A DNA stretch of 64,000 bases from the human T2T-CHM13v2.0 reference genome, Homo sapiens: the NCBI RefSeq assembly GCF_009914755.1, contig NC_060932.1; one strand, written 5' to 3'. Shown one piece after another: positions 1 to 14,176 of the stretch (the stretch's first letter is position 1; each line of letters opens with the position of its first letter). The notes under the pieces are model-generated. The model ran no database searches and had not been told where the DNA came from. It was given only the letters and a program-made list of their open reading frames with translations. Position numbers and translations under genes: made by a program.

Positions 1-1024
1 CTTTACACCATTAAATGGCTTTTGCAACTTTGTCAAAAGTCTGTGGGACATATTTGCATGGGTTGACTTCTGGGTTCTTTAGTTGGTCCCATGATATACA
101 TGTTTATCCCTCTGCCAATACTACACAGTCTTGATTAATGTAGTTATATAAGTCTTGAAATTGGGCACTGATTCTACCCATATTATTCTTCTTTTTTAAA
201 ATTATAGCTATTCTCATTCCTTTGCCTCTTCATATATCTTTTGGAATAGTCTTGTTTATATCTACAAAAACTTCTGCTGAGATTATGATAGAAATTTTGT
301 TAAACCTGTTTATCAGTTTTGGGGAGAATTGGCATCTTTCCTATTTGAGTCTTCCAATCCATCAACACCATATGTTTCCCTGTTTATTTAAATTATCTCT
401 TTTTTCATCAACATTGTGTAATTTCTGCCTCACAAGTCCTATGTATGATTTGTTTCATTCGTACTGTTTCTTTTTTTTTTTTGATCAATTTTAATGGTAT
501 TGCATTTTTACCTTCCATTGAAAGGCCATGTGTCCATGTGTTTATTGCTGGTACATAGAAATACAATCGGTTTCTTTATGTTTATTTTGTATCTATGACC
601 TTGCTGAGCTCACTTATTAGTTCTAGGAGTTTTTTCTCTTCAGGTTCTTTGTGGTTTTATATGTAGACCACGTGTCATCTGCAAACAGGAGCTGGTTCAT
701 GAGTTTCTTCTCTGATCTGTGGCCCTTCGTTTCCTTTTCTTGCCTTTTTGCAATGGCTCGATAGAACTTCCAGCACTATGTTGAATAAGAATGTTAGAGT
801 AGACATCTTTACTTTGTTCTCAACCTTAGAGAGAAAACATTCAGTCATTCACTTGTAATATTAAGTATAATGTTAGCCTCAGGGTGTTTGTAGACGTTCT
901 TTATCAAGTAGAGGAAGTTTCTCTCTATTCTTAATTTTTTGAGAGTTTGTAAAAATCATGAATGAATACTGAATTTTGTTAACTGCTTTTTCTGCATTGT
1001 TCGGTACAATCATGTGATTTTTCT

Positions 1025-1063
1025 CAGGGGTATAGCTCGGGGTAGAGCGTCTGACTTGACTAC
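1025..1063 (+). pseudogene. Tailless retrocopy of the 5' half of tRNA-Cys(GCA)
   Basis: AGGGGTATAGCTCGGGGTAGAGCGTCTGACT matches the tRNA-Cys 5' half (GGGGGTATAGCTCAGGGGTAGAGCATTTGACT) up to the anticodon loop. It has no poly(A). Exact 19-bp direct repeat ACAATCATGTGATTTTTCT at 1006-1024 and 1064-1082. Confidence 0.85.
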
Positions 1064-1594
1064 ACAATCATGTGATTTTTCTTTTTTAGTCTGCATTATA
1101 GTGGATTGCAACGATTGCTTTTCAAATACTAAGCCAGCATTGCATCTTTGAAATAAAACCCTATTGGTACTGAGTGTAATTCTTTTTACATATTGTAGGA
1201 TTCTATTTGTTAATATTTTGCTAAAGATTTTTATACTATATTCATGAGGGACACCAGGCTTTGTTGCTTCTGTTGTACTGTGTTTTTCTAGTTCCGAACT
1301 GGGACGTGTTCATTCCTCTTCTATTTTCTGAAATGATTCTGTATAGTTGGCATCTATTCTTTTTTATATGTTTGGTAGAATTCTCCAGTGACACCACCTG
1401 GACCTGCAGATTTCCTTTCTGGGAGATTGTTAATTATGAATTCAATTGTCTTAATAGTTTTAGGGTTAACACAATGATCTTTGAAGTAATTATTTAGTAT
1501 TGTAGTAGTTTGAGTTTTTCAAGGAATTGCTTCATATCATCTAATTTGTCAGATTTATGTGTATAGAATTGTTCACTGTATTCCCTTATTATCC

Positions 1595-2641
<1,047 letters not shown>

Positions 2642-4298
2642 TTATCCTTTGGATGTCTGCAAGGAGAGTGATATCTCCAGTTTCCTTCCTGATATTGATG
2701 ATTTGGGTTTTCTCCCTTAATCGTTTGTCAGTTTTGCTAGAGGTTTGCCAAGTTTATCAATCTTTTCAAAGTACTAACTTTTAAAAAACCTGACATTCTT
2801 TCTTATTTTTCTCTTTTCAGTATCATTGATTCCTGCTCTTATTGTTATTTCCTTCCTTCTGCTTGCTTTAGTTAATTTTGTTCTTTTTCTAGGTTCTTGG
2901 GGTGGGAAATTAAATTATTAATTTGAAACTTTCCTCTTTTCTAATGTGTACACTTAGTGGTATACATTTCCCTTCCAGCACGATTTTAGCTATTTCCCAC
3001 AAATTTTAATATGCTGTATTTTCATTTTCACTGACTTCAGTGTGGTCAGAGAATGACTTCAATTCATTTAAATTTGTTGAGATTTTTAAAAATGGCACAG
3101 AATGTGTTCTATCTTGGTGTATTTTCTCTGGATCTCTGAAAAAAAAAAGTACATTCTGCTCATTAGGGGAAGTATTCCATAGATGTTGATTAGAACCTGT
3201 AGTATTGTTGATTTATTCCGTATCCTTGCTGATCTTCTGCCTAGTTGTCCTAACAATTGTTGAAGGACAGACATTGAAGTCTTCAACTGTAATTATGGAT
3301 TAGTCCATTTTTTTCAGTTCTGTCAGTTTTTGCTTCACATATTTTGTGGCTTTGTTGTTTGGTGCGTACACATTTAGGATTACTATGCCTTCTGATGGAT
3401 TGACTTTTTATTATTATTTAATGTCCCTCTCAATCGCTCGTATTTTTTCTTTTTCTTTTTACTCTTTAGCCTGCTTTATCAGATATTAATGTAGCCACTC
3501 CTCCATTCCTTTGATTAATATTTGCATAATATATGTTCTTCCATCTTTTTACCTTCCACCTGGCTATAGCATTATGTTTGAAATGAGTTCCTTATAAACA
3601 ACATATAGTTAGGATATGTTTAGACTATTTGTGGTTAGTGTATTTATAAGTTAGGAGTTAAGTATGTTTTATATTTCAGTTTCTGTTCTCTGTTTTTCTT
3701 TCTTAGAAGGACCTTCGAAAGAACTTAGAAGACCTAAGAGAAGGAAAGTCTGTTGTGTTTACCCATATTCTCACTTACTGTGTTTTTTCTTCCTTCCTGA
3801 TGTACCAAGATTTCTTCTTTTATTCTTTCCTTTCTGTTTAGAAAACTTGTAGCCGTTCTTTTAGGGTAGTCCTGTTGGTAACAAATCCTCTTGGTTTTCC
3901 TTCATTTGAGGATCTTTTGAATTTCCTTTTATTCCTCAAGGATATTTTCACTGGATATAGATTTTTAGTTTAACAATCCTCTTCTTTCAGCACTCGAATC
4001 ATTGTGCCATTCCTCTGGCCTCCATGGCTACCAACGAGAAGTCTGTCCCTTGAATTGTTTTCCCCTTATAAATGAGGTATTGTTTTTCTTTGGATTTTGA
4101 ATTTTTTGAGAAATTTGCTTTGCTTTGTCTTAGTTTTTGGAAGTTTAATTATGATGTTTTAAATTATTACTTGATTCCTTTGGGTTTCTTCTATTTTGGA
4201 TTCACTTTGCTTCTTTAATCTGAAGGCTTGTCTTTTGTTAAATTTACAAAGTTTTCAGCCATCATTCCTTTGGGCACTTTTCAGGCGTGTCCACTTTC

Positions 4299-4606
4299 TT
4301 TTTTTTTTTTTTTTTTTTTGAGACGGAGTCTCGCTCTGTCACCCAGGCTGGAGTGCAGTGGCGCAATCTCGATCTCGGCTCACTGCAAGCTCCGCCTCCT
4401 GGGTCCATGCCATTCTCCTGCCTCAGCCTCCTGAGTAGCTGGGACTACGGGTGCCTGCCACCATGCCTGGCTAATTTTTTGTGTTTTTAGTAGAGACGCG
4501 GTTTCACTGTGTTAACCAGGATGGTCTCGATCTCCTGACCTCGTGATCCGCCTGCCTCGGCCTCCCAAAGTGCTGGGATTACAGGCTTGAGCCACCGCAC
4601 ACTGCC
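4299..4606 (-). mobile_element. AluY-like SINE
   Basis: Poly-T followed by GAGACGGAGTCTCGCTCTGTC, with AluY-type GCAAGCTCCGCC and CCATTCTCC; dimeric. Confidence 0.95.
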
Positions 4607-7379
4607 AAACCTATGTTTCTGCCTGGTCTCCTTCTGAGACTCTGTTGACACAAATGTGAGAGGTTCTGTTGCAGTCCCACAGGTTTCTGAGAATCTGCTT
4701 TCTATTTCTTTCAGTCTGGTTTCTAGGTTATTCAGATTGGGTACATTCTACTATTTTGTCCTCCTCTTCACTGATTCTTTCCTCTGTCACTTCCATTCTG
4801 CTGTTGAGACTATCCATTGAGTTTTTTATTTTGGTTATATTTTTCAGTTCTAAAATTTTTATTTAGTTTTCTCTTCTATTTCTTATGAGGACTTCCTGTT
4901 TCTTTGCTAAGACTATGTTTTCATCGGTTTCAAGCATGTTTGTATCTGTTGATCAAAGTATTTTTATCTTGGCTGCTTAAAAATTTTTGTCAGATAATTC
5001 TAACATCTGTGTCATCTCAGTGTAGGCATGCAGTGATTTTCTTTCATCATTCAATTTAAGATCTTCCTTTTCCTTGTTATAATGTGTGATTTTAGATAGA
5101 AACCCAAACACTTAAGTATTATGTCATGAGACTCAAGATCTTATTTTAACCTTTGATTTTAGTGAGCTTCCTCTGACACTGCTGGGGATGGGGGTTGGGG
5201 AGGGTGCTGCCTCATTACCTCGAAGTTGGATAGAAGCCTAGGTTTTCCACTGAGTCTCCATTGACAGTGGGGGTGTCTCCTCAAACTGCTCTAGGTGGGG
5301 GTGTTGGGATTTCCATCGATATGTCCCTGGTTATGAAGAAGAGGACCGTTCCTCAGGAGGCCTCCCCTGATACCATGGCAGGGATGGTCTCATTGCAGTG
5401 GGCTACAGTGACATTTCTGACTCTCCTCTAGGCCTCTCTGACACCACCACAGCTGGCAAAGGGAGGGGCACTTCATTAGTGCTGAGTGGGAGTGCAAGTC
5501 CAGCCTCCCCATGTGGTGTCCACTGACACCACCCTGGTGGGGTACGGGACGGAATGGAGGGGCACCCCCTTATAGCCCAGAGAGAGTGGGAATCTAGGCT
5601 CCCAACCTGGCCTTTGTTGACATGGTATGAGAGAGGAATCATCATTATTTCTGTGGTGTTTGGCTGGGGCAGGGAGGTTATCTTGTGAAAGTTTTCTGTC
5701 CTGATAGGCTACCTCTTTCCTGGTAACTTGCCTAGGGAGGATCAGCTTTTGGGCTTTTTAATGCCTCTTCCTGTTGGTGCTTCCCGGTTGCCAGCTTCTT
5801 CAGCTTCAAGTCTGGGATATATGAGGCAAAAAGAAAACACAGGAAACCCATATCATGTTCCTCAGGTCTCCAGCCAGCCTGGCTTCTTCTCTGCACCTTT
5901 CAGTGTTTTATACGTAATGTCCAGCGTTCTTAGTTGTACTTGGTGGGAGGAGACAGGAAGAACACACCTACTTCATCTTCCCAGAAGTCCCGTCTTAGTT
6001 TTCAAATGTCTGCCAAGTAGCATAAACAGCAAGTGGAAAGCAGAAAGTCTGAGACTTTGTATGCAAATTCATAATCATGATCCAATAATGTCCACTTCCA
6101 GAGAGGACTTTGAATTCCTTTTTGGTTGCTTACAGTGCTGTGGGTGTTAATGTTCCCTTGAAGTAGGAATCACTTACTTTCGACTAGCTTATTTTATACT
6201 GGGTTATTCTAGGACCCTTGCATTGAATTACCTAAGAACAGCCAAGGCAGACAAGTATAAATTTGCTTAGCAGCAATTACTTAAAAGTGAACCTAAATGC
6301 TGCTGCAAACAATGGCTAAGTTTCTGGAGTGGGGAGCTCAGATCATCCAGTCTCTTAGGGAAGGGTAGGGTATGAGTGTTGAACACAGAGACTTCATAGC
6401 TCACATCATTAAGCAGTGATAGATTTAAGTGACTGTTCCTGGACAAGACACATTAGTAGCTTTCCTGTGGCACTTCATAATGAGCAGTTAATTTTAGCCT
6501 GCTCAAAGGAGGAAGGCGTCCCTGCTGGCTTACCAGCTCGGTTTTCAGGGAATCACTATAGTGACAAATACTGTTGTAAAACATACAGAGGAAAGTGATT
6601 AATAAGTGCCCACTGATGATGAAGTGTTGCCAGATTTCCTGTGAAATGGAGAAGTGGTGTGAAGACTAGGCCATCTATTGGCATCTCTTGTAATGAGTGA
6701 TTAATGTGCCTTTGAACCTAACTTTTCCATTTGTATGTTGTTTCTAACCAGGGATAGAAATGGAAACTATTTATCTTTGGATCCAAACCCTAGACACATT
6801 TAGGAGTTCAGAATTCATAAAAGCGAAGACTAAGAATGGATTAAAGTGACTTTGGAAATGTAGATTATTTTATAAGTTATTGATGCACCTGACCCAGAAC
6901 AAAATACTCTGGTTCAAATTACAGCTGCTCCTACACAGCAGTTGATTCCCATCACCGTCACCACTGCATGTCACAAACCAAAAATCTTATGCTTGGCACA
7001 TGAATATTCCAAATGCCCCAGTCCAAGCTAGCCCTACTCATTTGTGACATGGAATTTAGTTTTCTGAATGTAATTTACTCTGGTATTCCAGGGCCAGGCC
7101 CAGAGTAAGTGCTCAACAAATGTTTAATGAACGAATGGGCTATGGGAGACATGGAGACTCCATGGCCCCAAAGCAAAAGGAAGATTGGAGTCAATTTCAA
7201 TTTGGCCCATAAAATTGAGTTGGCTTTCCGATGAGTAAAGACATTTATTTAAGTTCAGGGTTCTGGGTGTACTTTTCTCATAAGACTTGAGCTTTAGAAA
7301 CAACCATGAATTAGTATGGACACTATGGCTTGGTCTTCAAGGAACACAATACTGTTAACAATGTTACCCCCGCCTCCCC

Positions 7380-7380
<1 letters not shown>

Positions 7381-7423
<43 letters not shown>
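7381..7423. repeat. (AC)21 microsatellite
   Basis: Perfect AC dinucleotide run. Confidence 0.98.
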
Positions 7424-7424
<1 letters not shown>

Positions 7425-8889
7425 TTCCCTCTCAACTTCTAGATGTGTTTCATTGTTTGTGGTGGCACATTACAGTGCTTTATGTAATACTTTGGCATTT
7501 CCTTGTGTCACACTGTCTTACAGTTTAGTTGAGTTGTCTACATACAGACAAGTGGCCCCCTTGTTCATGACAGTTACAGTTGGGTTCTATTGCATTCAAG
7601 AGAGTCACTCAACCTCAGTGGTTTTACCAGACTTGTTGTGAACAGTGTCATAGAATACACCTGGCTGCAAAAGAGCCTGAGAGAGTTTTTTTTTTTGTAA
7701 TAGGAATGTTGCTGCCCCAGACAAAATTGGGTTATGTTGATTAAAAAAAGAAGGTAAAAAGGGAATGGCTATTTAGTTGACAATCTGTATTTTCTGACAC
7801 ACTACTGAAGTGTGTATTTATATCCACTCATTTACCCTGAGCTGGAGAGCCTCCAAGCATTAATTTTTTAATGCTCGTTAGCATGAAAACACAATGACAC
7901 ACTTATGTTTTTTCTTTGGAGGGATGGCGTGGAAAATCTGTGAACTTGCTTTCTGGCCAAATGAGTCAACCAAAGATGGGAACATTAATTTGTTGGAACA
8001 GTTGTGTATCAACATCAAGCTGAAAACAGAATTATAGTAATATATATTCTTAGAGAAATAGGGAATGCTAAGTTAAACACGGCATTCCTGCTCACAGCAG
8101 CTAACAGTGAACCTACCTAGGAAGAAATGGCAGATGTCAGTAAACTGCTCTGCTAGGGCAGGGGCTCTGGAGTCCCTGTTGTCTACAGAATTCTGGGATT
8201 CTATGACCCCCCTACTGTGGAAATGCATTTAAAAATAAGCCATCTCTAATCACTCACCTGGGGTGAGCTCAGGAGCTGGAGTTCCTACCTACGAAAATGA
8301 TTTATTCAGCAGCCCTTGATGTTTTCTTGATTTTCCGTATTCTCACCCCACTCTTATTCCTTAATTTAGCTTCTTTTCCCATTTTCCATGGTTTCTGACC
8401 TCGTAAAGACCATCCTACTGTATAAGCATTCAAACCCATAGTAGAAATGATCAGGAAAGTGGTCCCATTCCCCATCTCAGAAAGCTCTGTGAGAGTTTCA
8501 CTGTTATCATTGAACTTTAGGCCCGTGTTCTTCCATTGTGAAAAATTACAACCATTTGCTATTGTTCACTAACTCTCTCTGCCCCATCAGTCCATTTTCA
8601 GCCACTGTATCTTCCATATGAAAGGAGATGGCACAAGAGACTTGCCACAGTTGAAACTCTTTATAATTAATGAATTGAAGACATTTGTTAAAGCTGCTTA
8701 TTTTTAAAAATAATGTGACCTCTTCTTTATAACTATAAGGTGTGGGAAGACAAGGCCATTCTTTGTTCTACAGATTTCAGGTTTGTACATTGGATGAGAA
8801 TCTATCTTTTTAACTTGCTATGTTGGACAATAATAATGGCTCATATTTTTTGAGCACTTAATATATGCCCATTGAAGGCTTTACATGTG

Positions 8890-9785
8890 ATATCAGTTAG
8901 GGTTTGTTTGTCAGTTAGCAAATGACTACAGAACTTAGTGCCTTTTATGAACGAAATGATTGTGCACCCCACCACCAAATTCACATGCTGAAGCCCTCCT
9001 TCCCAATGCAATGGTATTAGGATATGGGGGCCTCTGGGAGGTGATTAGGTTTAAATGAGGTTATGAGGGTGGAGCACTGATGATAGAATTAGTGCCCTTA
9101 TAAGAAGAGGAAGAAAGTGCAGCCTCTATGCTGTGTGAGGACACAGTGAGAAGGCACCCACCTGCAAGCTAGGAAGTGCACCGTCACCAAGGACAGAACC
9201 TGCTGGCACCATGAACTTGGACTTCCTAGCCTTTGTAGCTATGGAAAATAACTGTGTGTTGATGAATCCACTCAGTCTACGGCATTTCGTATAGTAGCCT
9301 GAGCTTGGCTTAAACCAAGAACTATTTATTATTCCTCATGAATCTCTGGGTGGATGGGGTTCCACTTGGCTGATCTTGGCTGGGCTTGTACTTTTATCTG
9401 TGGTCAGCTGGAGGGTGGCGTGGCTGAAGCTGGCTGGTCTCAGAGAGCTTCACTCAGATCTCTCGTGGTTAACCATCGGATGGCAGGGGTCACAGGGCAA
9501 CTGGGCCACTTGTCTCTCATCACCCAGCAGCCTGGCTTCATTGTGTTCACAGGGTGGCAATGGGGTCCTAAGAGGGGAGGTGAAAGAATGCATGGCCTCC
9601 TGAGGCTGACTCAGAAATGGCAGGATGCTACTTCCACCCAGTTCTGTCAGCCAGAATGTCACAGGGCCAGCTCAGACTCAAGGAAGAGACTCTGCCTCTC
9701 GATGGGAGGAGCTGCAGAACCACATTGCAAAGACATGGATGATATAGGGAGGGATGGAGATGTGGCCATTTTTAATCTCCCTCAC
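8890..9785 (-). mobile_element. MLT1H/MLT1-type MaLR LTR, interrupted by a younger LTR
   Basis: AACTTAGTGCCTT...(insertion)...AACTATTTATTTATTCCTCATGAATCT...GCTGATCTTGGCTGGGCT...GGCCATTTTTAATCT. Confidence 0.6.
8946..9315 (+). mobile_element. MLT1A-like MaLR solo LTR
   Basis: AAATTCACATGCTGAAGCCCT...GGGAGGTGATTAGGTTTAAATGAGG...ATTAGTGCCCTTATAAGAAGAG...CATTTCGTATAGTAGCC. Confidence 0.8.
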
Positions 9786-11552
9786 ATGTGTTAATGCTGT
9801 TAATCCAGCAGTCTTGTGAGGCCATATGATATACTCTTATACCTATTTTATACATGAGGAAACTGAGGCTTAGCAGGGCTAAGGAACAGCATTCAGAACT
9901 AGGACTCAAGCATTTTTTCTCTAGAATCTGTTCTCTTACCTATTCCCTCACTTTGGACTAGATATCAAAACTAGACATCAAAGTCAACTCATGTTAATTG
10001 CACCACCATATAGAGAAATTCCAGAAAGCAACAGCCATCTAAAAGGGTTTTGAGGAAGGTTCATAAATTGTGCATGGCTCACTTAGAGAAATGCAGTCAA
10101 TGTAGATTCATGACTGCACCTCTCTCCTCCATGCCTTCTTCAGAGGCAGCACCAAACATTTCTGAATGTCCTGAGTGTCCAAACAGCCACTATTTAAACT
10201 CTCAGGTGTCCTGGATCTGTCTCTGTGCCTGTCCCTAGAAAATATACTTCCAGATTTTCCCAGATGTTGGTGGTCTGATCATGGCAAAGGCCGTGGACAG
10301 ATTCTCAATTGCAGCCAGGCTGAGACTCCCAGAGAGCAGAGTGGGCACTTTGAGGACAAGGCCATGGATGAGGGTGGCCGTGTTATAGGAAGTGAGCCAG
10401 TTGCCATCAGATGTGTCCAGTCAAGGTTGCTGAGGCTCGTGGACCCCTCCCTTGTTTTGCAAATATCACCAACCCCAGGGTCTTGATACTTTGACAAATA
10501 TGAGGACACAAAATCTGCTGATGTCTCCAGGGAAAACAAGCAAAAAGATGGATCTGGCTTTCAAATGCCTGGGAGGCCAACAGATCTCAGCCAGGGCTGT
10601 GCAGCAGAGTGGAAGGATGTGTTTGCCCAGAATCCCAGCTCCACATTGGTCCTGGAGTGTTAAAGAAGAGGTGTTGAGTTCTCTGTCCCTAGACTTCTCC
10701 TCCCTGACTCCAGGCCTATATCCCAGGATGAGGATGGATTTGTGATATCTGGAAGTGCTGAGGTGAGAGTGATGAGGCCTCAGCAGCATGGAGAGCTTTA
10801 TTTGTGCTCTGCTGGAGAAGTTAGAAGAGCAGCAGTCATGCACTGGTGCTCCCAGCTCTTGGCACCCTGTCTGGGTTGAGCCATGTAAGCTGGCACATCC
10901 TGAAAAGAATAGGTTTTCTGTAGAATAAATAATCACTTTCTCAGGACAGTGACTAATGGAGAGCCCTAATCCTCCAGTACAAGTTTCTGCATCACCGTGA
11001 GATTGAGAACTTCCTGGCCAGTGACCACAAGTTGCTGATGGGCAATAATGCCAAGGCTGACTTTCTGCACTCAGTCGATGACAAAAACGCTGAGATTTCA
11101 AATGCATCTCCTGGAGAGCAGACAGGCAAATGTAGAGCCAGTAGGGAGCCTGAACATGAAGATGGCTGTGAAGCCAAAGGCGGGCTCCCAGGTTGGAGGT
11201 GCCGTGCACACGTACCTGCTCTCAGCCTGAAGTAGCTTTGGAGTGAGTGACTTTTTTATTGACTCAAATAAAAACAATCTCTTCCCAGTTGTGTGCTTTG
11301 AAAAACAAGTGGCCTGAGGGAACTGTACCAGAGCAGCAAATGGCAATAGACCTGACGGTTGACTTTGTGAACAAGAGACACATTACAAAAACATGAGGAA
11401 ATGAAGACAGACCCTGCCCAAGTCAGATGCTCAGACATCAAGTCAGGAGCCTGGAGGGAGAGGGCTTTGTGTGTGCCACACAGGGTCACAGAAGTGAAAT
11501 AACTTTGTAACAGTAGGGAGCACTCTGCACACATTCCCATCTGAAGGGCCCA

Positions 11553-11980
11553 TGACAGAGTTTGGATGTTGCCCTACTCAAATCTCATTTGAATTGTAAT
11601 CGCCAGTGTTGGAGGTGGGACCTGGCGGGAGGCAATTGGATCATGGGGATGGATTTCTCATGAATGGGTTAGCACCATCCATTGCCTTGATGCTGTCCCT
11701 GTGATACTGAGTGAGTGCTCATGAGATCTGGTCTTCTAAAAGTGTGTAGCACTTCCTCCTTTCTCTCTTGCTCCTGCTCCTGCCATGTGAGACGCCTGCT
11801 CCCACTTCCCCTTCTGCCATGATTGAAAGTTTCCTGAGGCCTCCACAGAAGCCCAGCAGATGCCAGCATTGTGCTTCCTGTACAGCCTGCGGAACTGTGA
11901 GCCAACTCACCCTCTTTTTTTTTTTTTTTAAACCCAGTCTCAGGTGTTTCTTTATAGCAATGCGAGAATGGACTAAAACA
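11553..11980 (+). mobile_element. MSTB/MSTA MaLR solo LTR
   Basis: TG...CA termini (TGACAGAGTTTGGATGTT ... GGACTAAAACA), MST body, 5-bp TSD GCCCA/GCTCA. Confidence 0.9.
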
Positions 11981-12464
11981 GCTCAGACCCACCTAATTAT
12001 TAGTAGTGCCTCTTCCTCTCTCTTCCTGAGGAATGTCTGCAAGGACAAACTGTTCTCTATTTACTAAAAGCTAAGTGAGCATTCCTGTATAACTCTTTAA
12101 AATGTTGGGATCAGAAGTGTTAGTGCTGCTCTATTTTTGTCTTACCAATACTCATTTAGTTCAGTGTCCAAACACTCTCACTTAGAAAAGTACTAGAAAC
12201 AGATGAGATGCCAGCCTAGGAGGCAGCCTCCGCTCCACACAGAACCCCCACTGACCATCACTGCTCTCTCAATCAGGGCAGTATAACAGGGAAGAGACAG
12301 CAGCACCGTGGGACCCTGAGCCTTGGTTGAACTCGCCAATGCAAAGCAAAACGAGGAAAACAAAGGCTCTCCATGGAAAAGGAGCTGATTTATCATGAAT
12401 TTTATTGTAGTCATATGACAGAGTACCTCACTAAAGACAGATAAATGGGTGGAAAGCTATTCCC

Positions 12465-12660
12465 TGGAGGTGTTAGACAAGAAAAGCTCTGTAACAATGT
12501 GAGGTTGGGAAATGTTGAGTTAAACAAATTAAATAAATTTCTTTCTTGCAGGATTTCTCAGAATATTCTTATCCTAATGTGCGCTGTGAGTCTCCAAGAG
12601 GGGAATATGTTATGCAGGACTTCCCAAATTCATGTAGCCACAGGACTCCTGTTTTTCCTT
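12465..12660. mobile_element. MER112-like hAT-Charlie DNA transposon fragment
   Basis: GGGAAATGTTGAGTTAAACAAA...TGCAGGATTTCTCAGA...TCTCCAAGAGGGG resembles the recalled MER112 consensus. Confidence 0.55.
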
Positions 12661-12669
12661 CTCCCACAG

Positions 12670-12890
12670 GCAGCGGCTTGGTGCCATGTGTAAGCATGTG
12701 GGCTCTGGGATCAGCCTGTCGGCTTGAATCTAGGATCTCCTGCCTCTGAGCTGTGCGGCATTGGACAAGTCACTTAACCTCTCTCAGCTTTGGTTTCCTC
12801 ATCTCTAAAACGAGTATAACAGTAGCACCTGCCTTATAAGGTTTTCATAAGGGTGTGGAAAATAAATTAGTTAATTCATATGAAGCACTG
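12670..12890 (+). mobile_element. MIR SINE
   Basis: GGGCTCTGG...GGACAAGTCACTTAACCTCTCT...GTTTCCTCATCTCTAAAA core. Confidence 0.85.
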
Positions 12891-12995
12891 CATTTATCCC
12901 ATGACCTCAGAGACCGTTAAAGCTTAGCAAGTTATCCATAGAAAGCACCTTGCAAACTGAGTGCTGCATCGTGAACACTTTTCAAAATTATCAGT

Positions 12996-13355
12996 GTAGT
13001 GGACATTAGGGTGGCCGCTTAGCATCTATGACACACACCCTGGCCAAAATGATTGGTTTAGGTTGGCCTAATTAGAAGGCTGGTCAAGAATGTTCTTTGA
13101 TGGTTGAGAGGAGGACATCCCTTTGCATCTGAGTGATGGTGGGTGGGCATTGGACCTGGAATTGCTGTGGGCAATTCACTCTAATGAGACTAGTCAGCCT
13201 GGGAGGGAGCACACACCCTGAGGACGGCAGACCACAGATGTGCCCTCAGCAAACCTCCCTGGAAGTGTGCCCCTCCCCTGGACTTGCTCAGTCAGGAGAG
13301 CCTGTAAATTCCTTGCAGCTGAAGTAAGTATGAGTAAGGTTTTCTGTGACCAGCT
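12996..13355 (+). mobile_element. MLT1I/J-like MaLR LTR
   Basis: Starts TGTAGTGGAC; internal TGATTGGTT; 3' CCTGGACTT...AAATTCCTT...GGTTTTCTGTGAC. Confidence 0.5.
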
Positions 13356-14176
13356 GTCTGCAGCCTCTCAGCTGATAGAGTGGGGGAGCTGGTGGCAAAG
13401 TGGGGGAGCAGCTACGGGGTGCAAATACAGCCCAGCTCTTCGGAATGGACTGCACCAGCTCCCAGCTCTCATGTGACTGCTCTGCTTCTTAGTTTCCTCA
13501 AAGGGAGATATCAAAATCTTCTACCTAAACATTATGGTAAAGGTGAGGTGCAAAGGAGAGAAGGTGTGGGAAAACACTTTGGAGACAGTCAAGTGTTCTA
13601 TAAAGGCAAAGCAGAAATGTTTATAGCAATTGTGGAAACTCAACCACTTCTTGATTTAAAGCTGTTACACTGTGGTGGTACAAGATTTTTGGCTAATGCC
13701 AAAATAAGAACATAAAAGCCAGCTGTCAAAATATTATAATTGGTTTCTGTCAAACCCGAAGGCTTTAAATTCTGTGATGCTATAAGTTTAAGGGCTTATC
13801 TATGGATTTCTGCCATTCTATAATACTCTATCCCATTTAAAATTCTATCGCTGTGAATACTTCAAAAGGGACTCTGGAAAGTATTCACGTATAACTGACG
13901 AGTCTCACATTATGGTAATTAAACTTTTTTTTAAATTTTAAACTCCGTGAAATTTTAGTTGTCACTTATCCTTATTTACAATTCAACTAAATGGACCAAC
14001 TACTATTTGATAAAAGGTAGTGAAATTTTCACTTCTAGTTTTAGAAAGTTTTAACCAACAGTATAGTATGGTGGAAAGTTAGTAAAAGAAATCGTCTACA
14101 AAAAGTAAGAAGAAATAAATTCTGCAATTACTTTAATGAAGTTGAAACTTTAAATTATTACCAATAGTAACCATTA

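Larger units (their letters stand above)
8830..9935 (-). mobile_element. MIR split in two (about 8830-8890 and 9790-9935) by nested MaLR LTRs
   Basis: TTTTGAGCACTTA at ~8850; core ATGAGGAAACTGAGGCTTAG at ~9855. Confidence 0.65.

Noticed and set aside
1026-1063. Functional tRNA gene
   Set aside because: Only the 5' half is present: no T arm/B box and no 3' acceptor strand.
5184-5204. G-quadruplex motif GGGGATGGGGGTTGGGAGGG
   Set aside because: A single motif inside an old L1; common in the genome, with no functional context.
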